DNA of 63,620 bases, filler included, from Kipferlia bialata (Eukaryota): assembly GCA_003568945.1 (NCBI GenBank). It is 8 parts of 8 records of this genome, joined end to end, with 100 filler letters (N's around TTAATTAATTAA, not from the genome) between each part and the next. Parts side by side here need not be neighbours in the genome. Positions count along the whole stretch, not along the records: positions 59,199 to 63,620 come from BDIP01001535.1; 7 more parts are not named here. One strand, given 5' to 3'. Below the pieces are notes generated by a model, which was not told the origin of the DNA, made no database searches, and saw only the letters and a program-made list of their open reading frames with translations. Positions 63,576-63,620 of the stretch are shown here, piece by piece. Made by a program: the position numbers and the translations under genes. The first letter of the stretch is position 1; each line of letters starts with the position of its first letter.

Positions 63576-63620
<45 letters not shown>

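Overview
This is eukaryotic protist DNA, not one chromosome segment: eight unrelated ~4-10 kb contigs are joined by seven identical 100-nt artificial spacers (N44-TTAATTAATTAA-N44). Tiny exons, microsatellite-filled introns, a branch point fused to the 3' AG and the standard genetic code resemble a free-living fornicate/metamonad such as Kipferlia bialata (inference from style, not a search). Almost all supplied six-frame ORFs are spurious. Hand-splicing GT-AG exons gives: a coiled-coil gene end; a complete INTS11/CPSF3L-like beta-CASP nuclease; a DEVH-type DEAH/RHA helicase core; WRAP73/WDR8; IFT88; the N-terminal part of topoisomerase IB; PRP16/DHX38; a bacterial-type diaminopimelate-decarboxylase-like gene; two divergent hypothetical genes; and a long N-terminus ending in a DEAH motif I. 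The main signal is in the introns. Most exons in five contigs are flanked by partial 'echo' copies with fixed polarity (acceptor+exon head upstream, exon tail+donor downstream). The clearest echoes differ from the real exon almost only at synonymous sites (36 of 38 differences in five hand-aligned pairs), implying coding constraint on apparently intronic half-exons. One IFT88 exon has no AG acceptor of its own while an upstream echo does.
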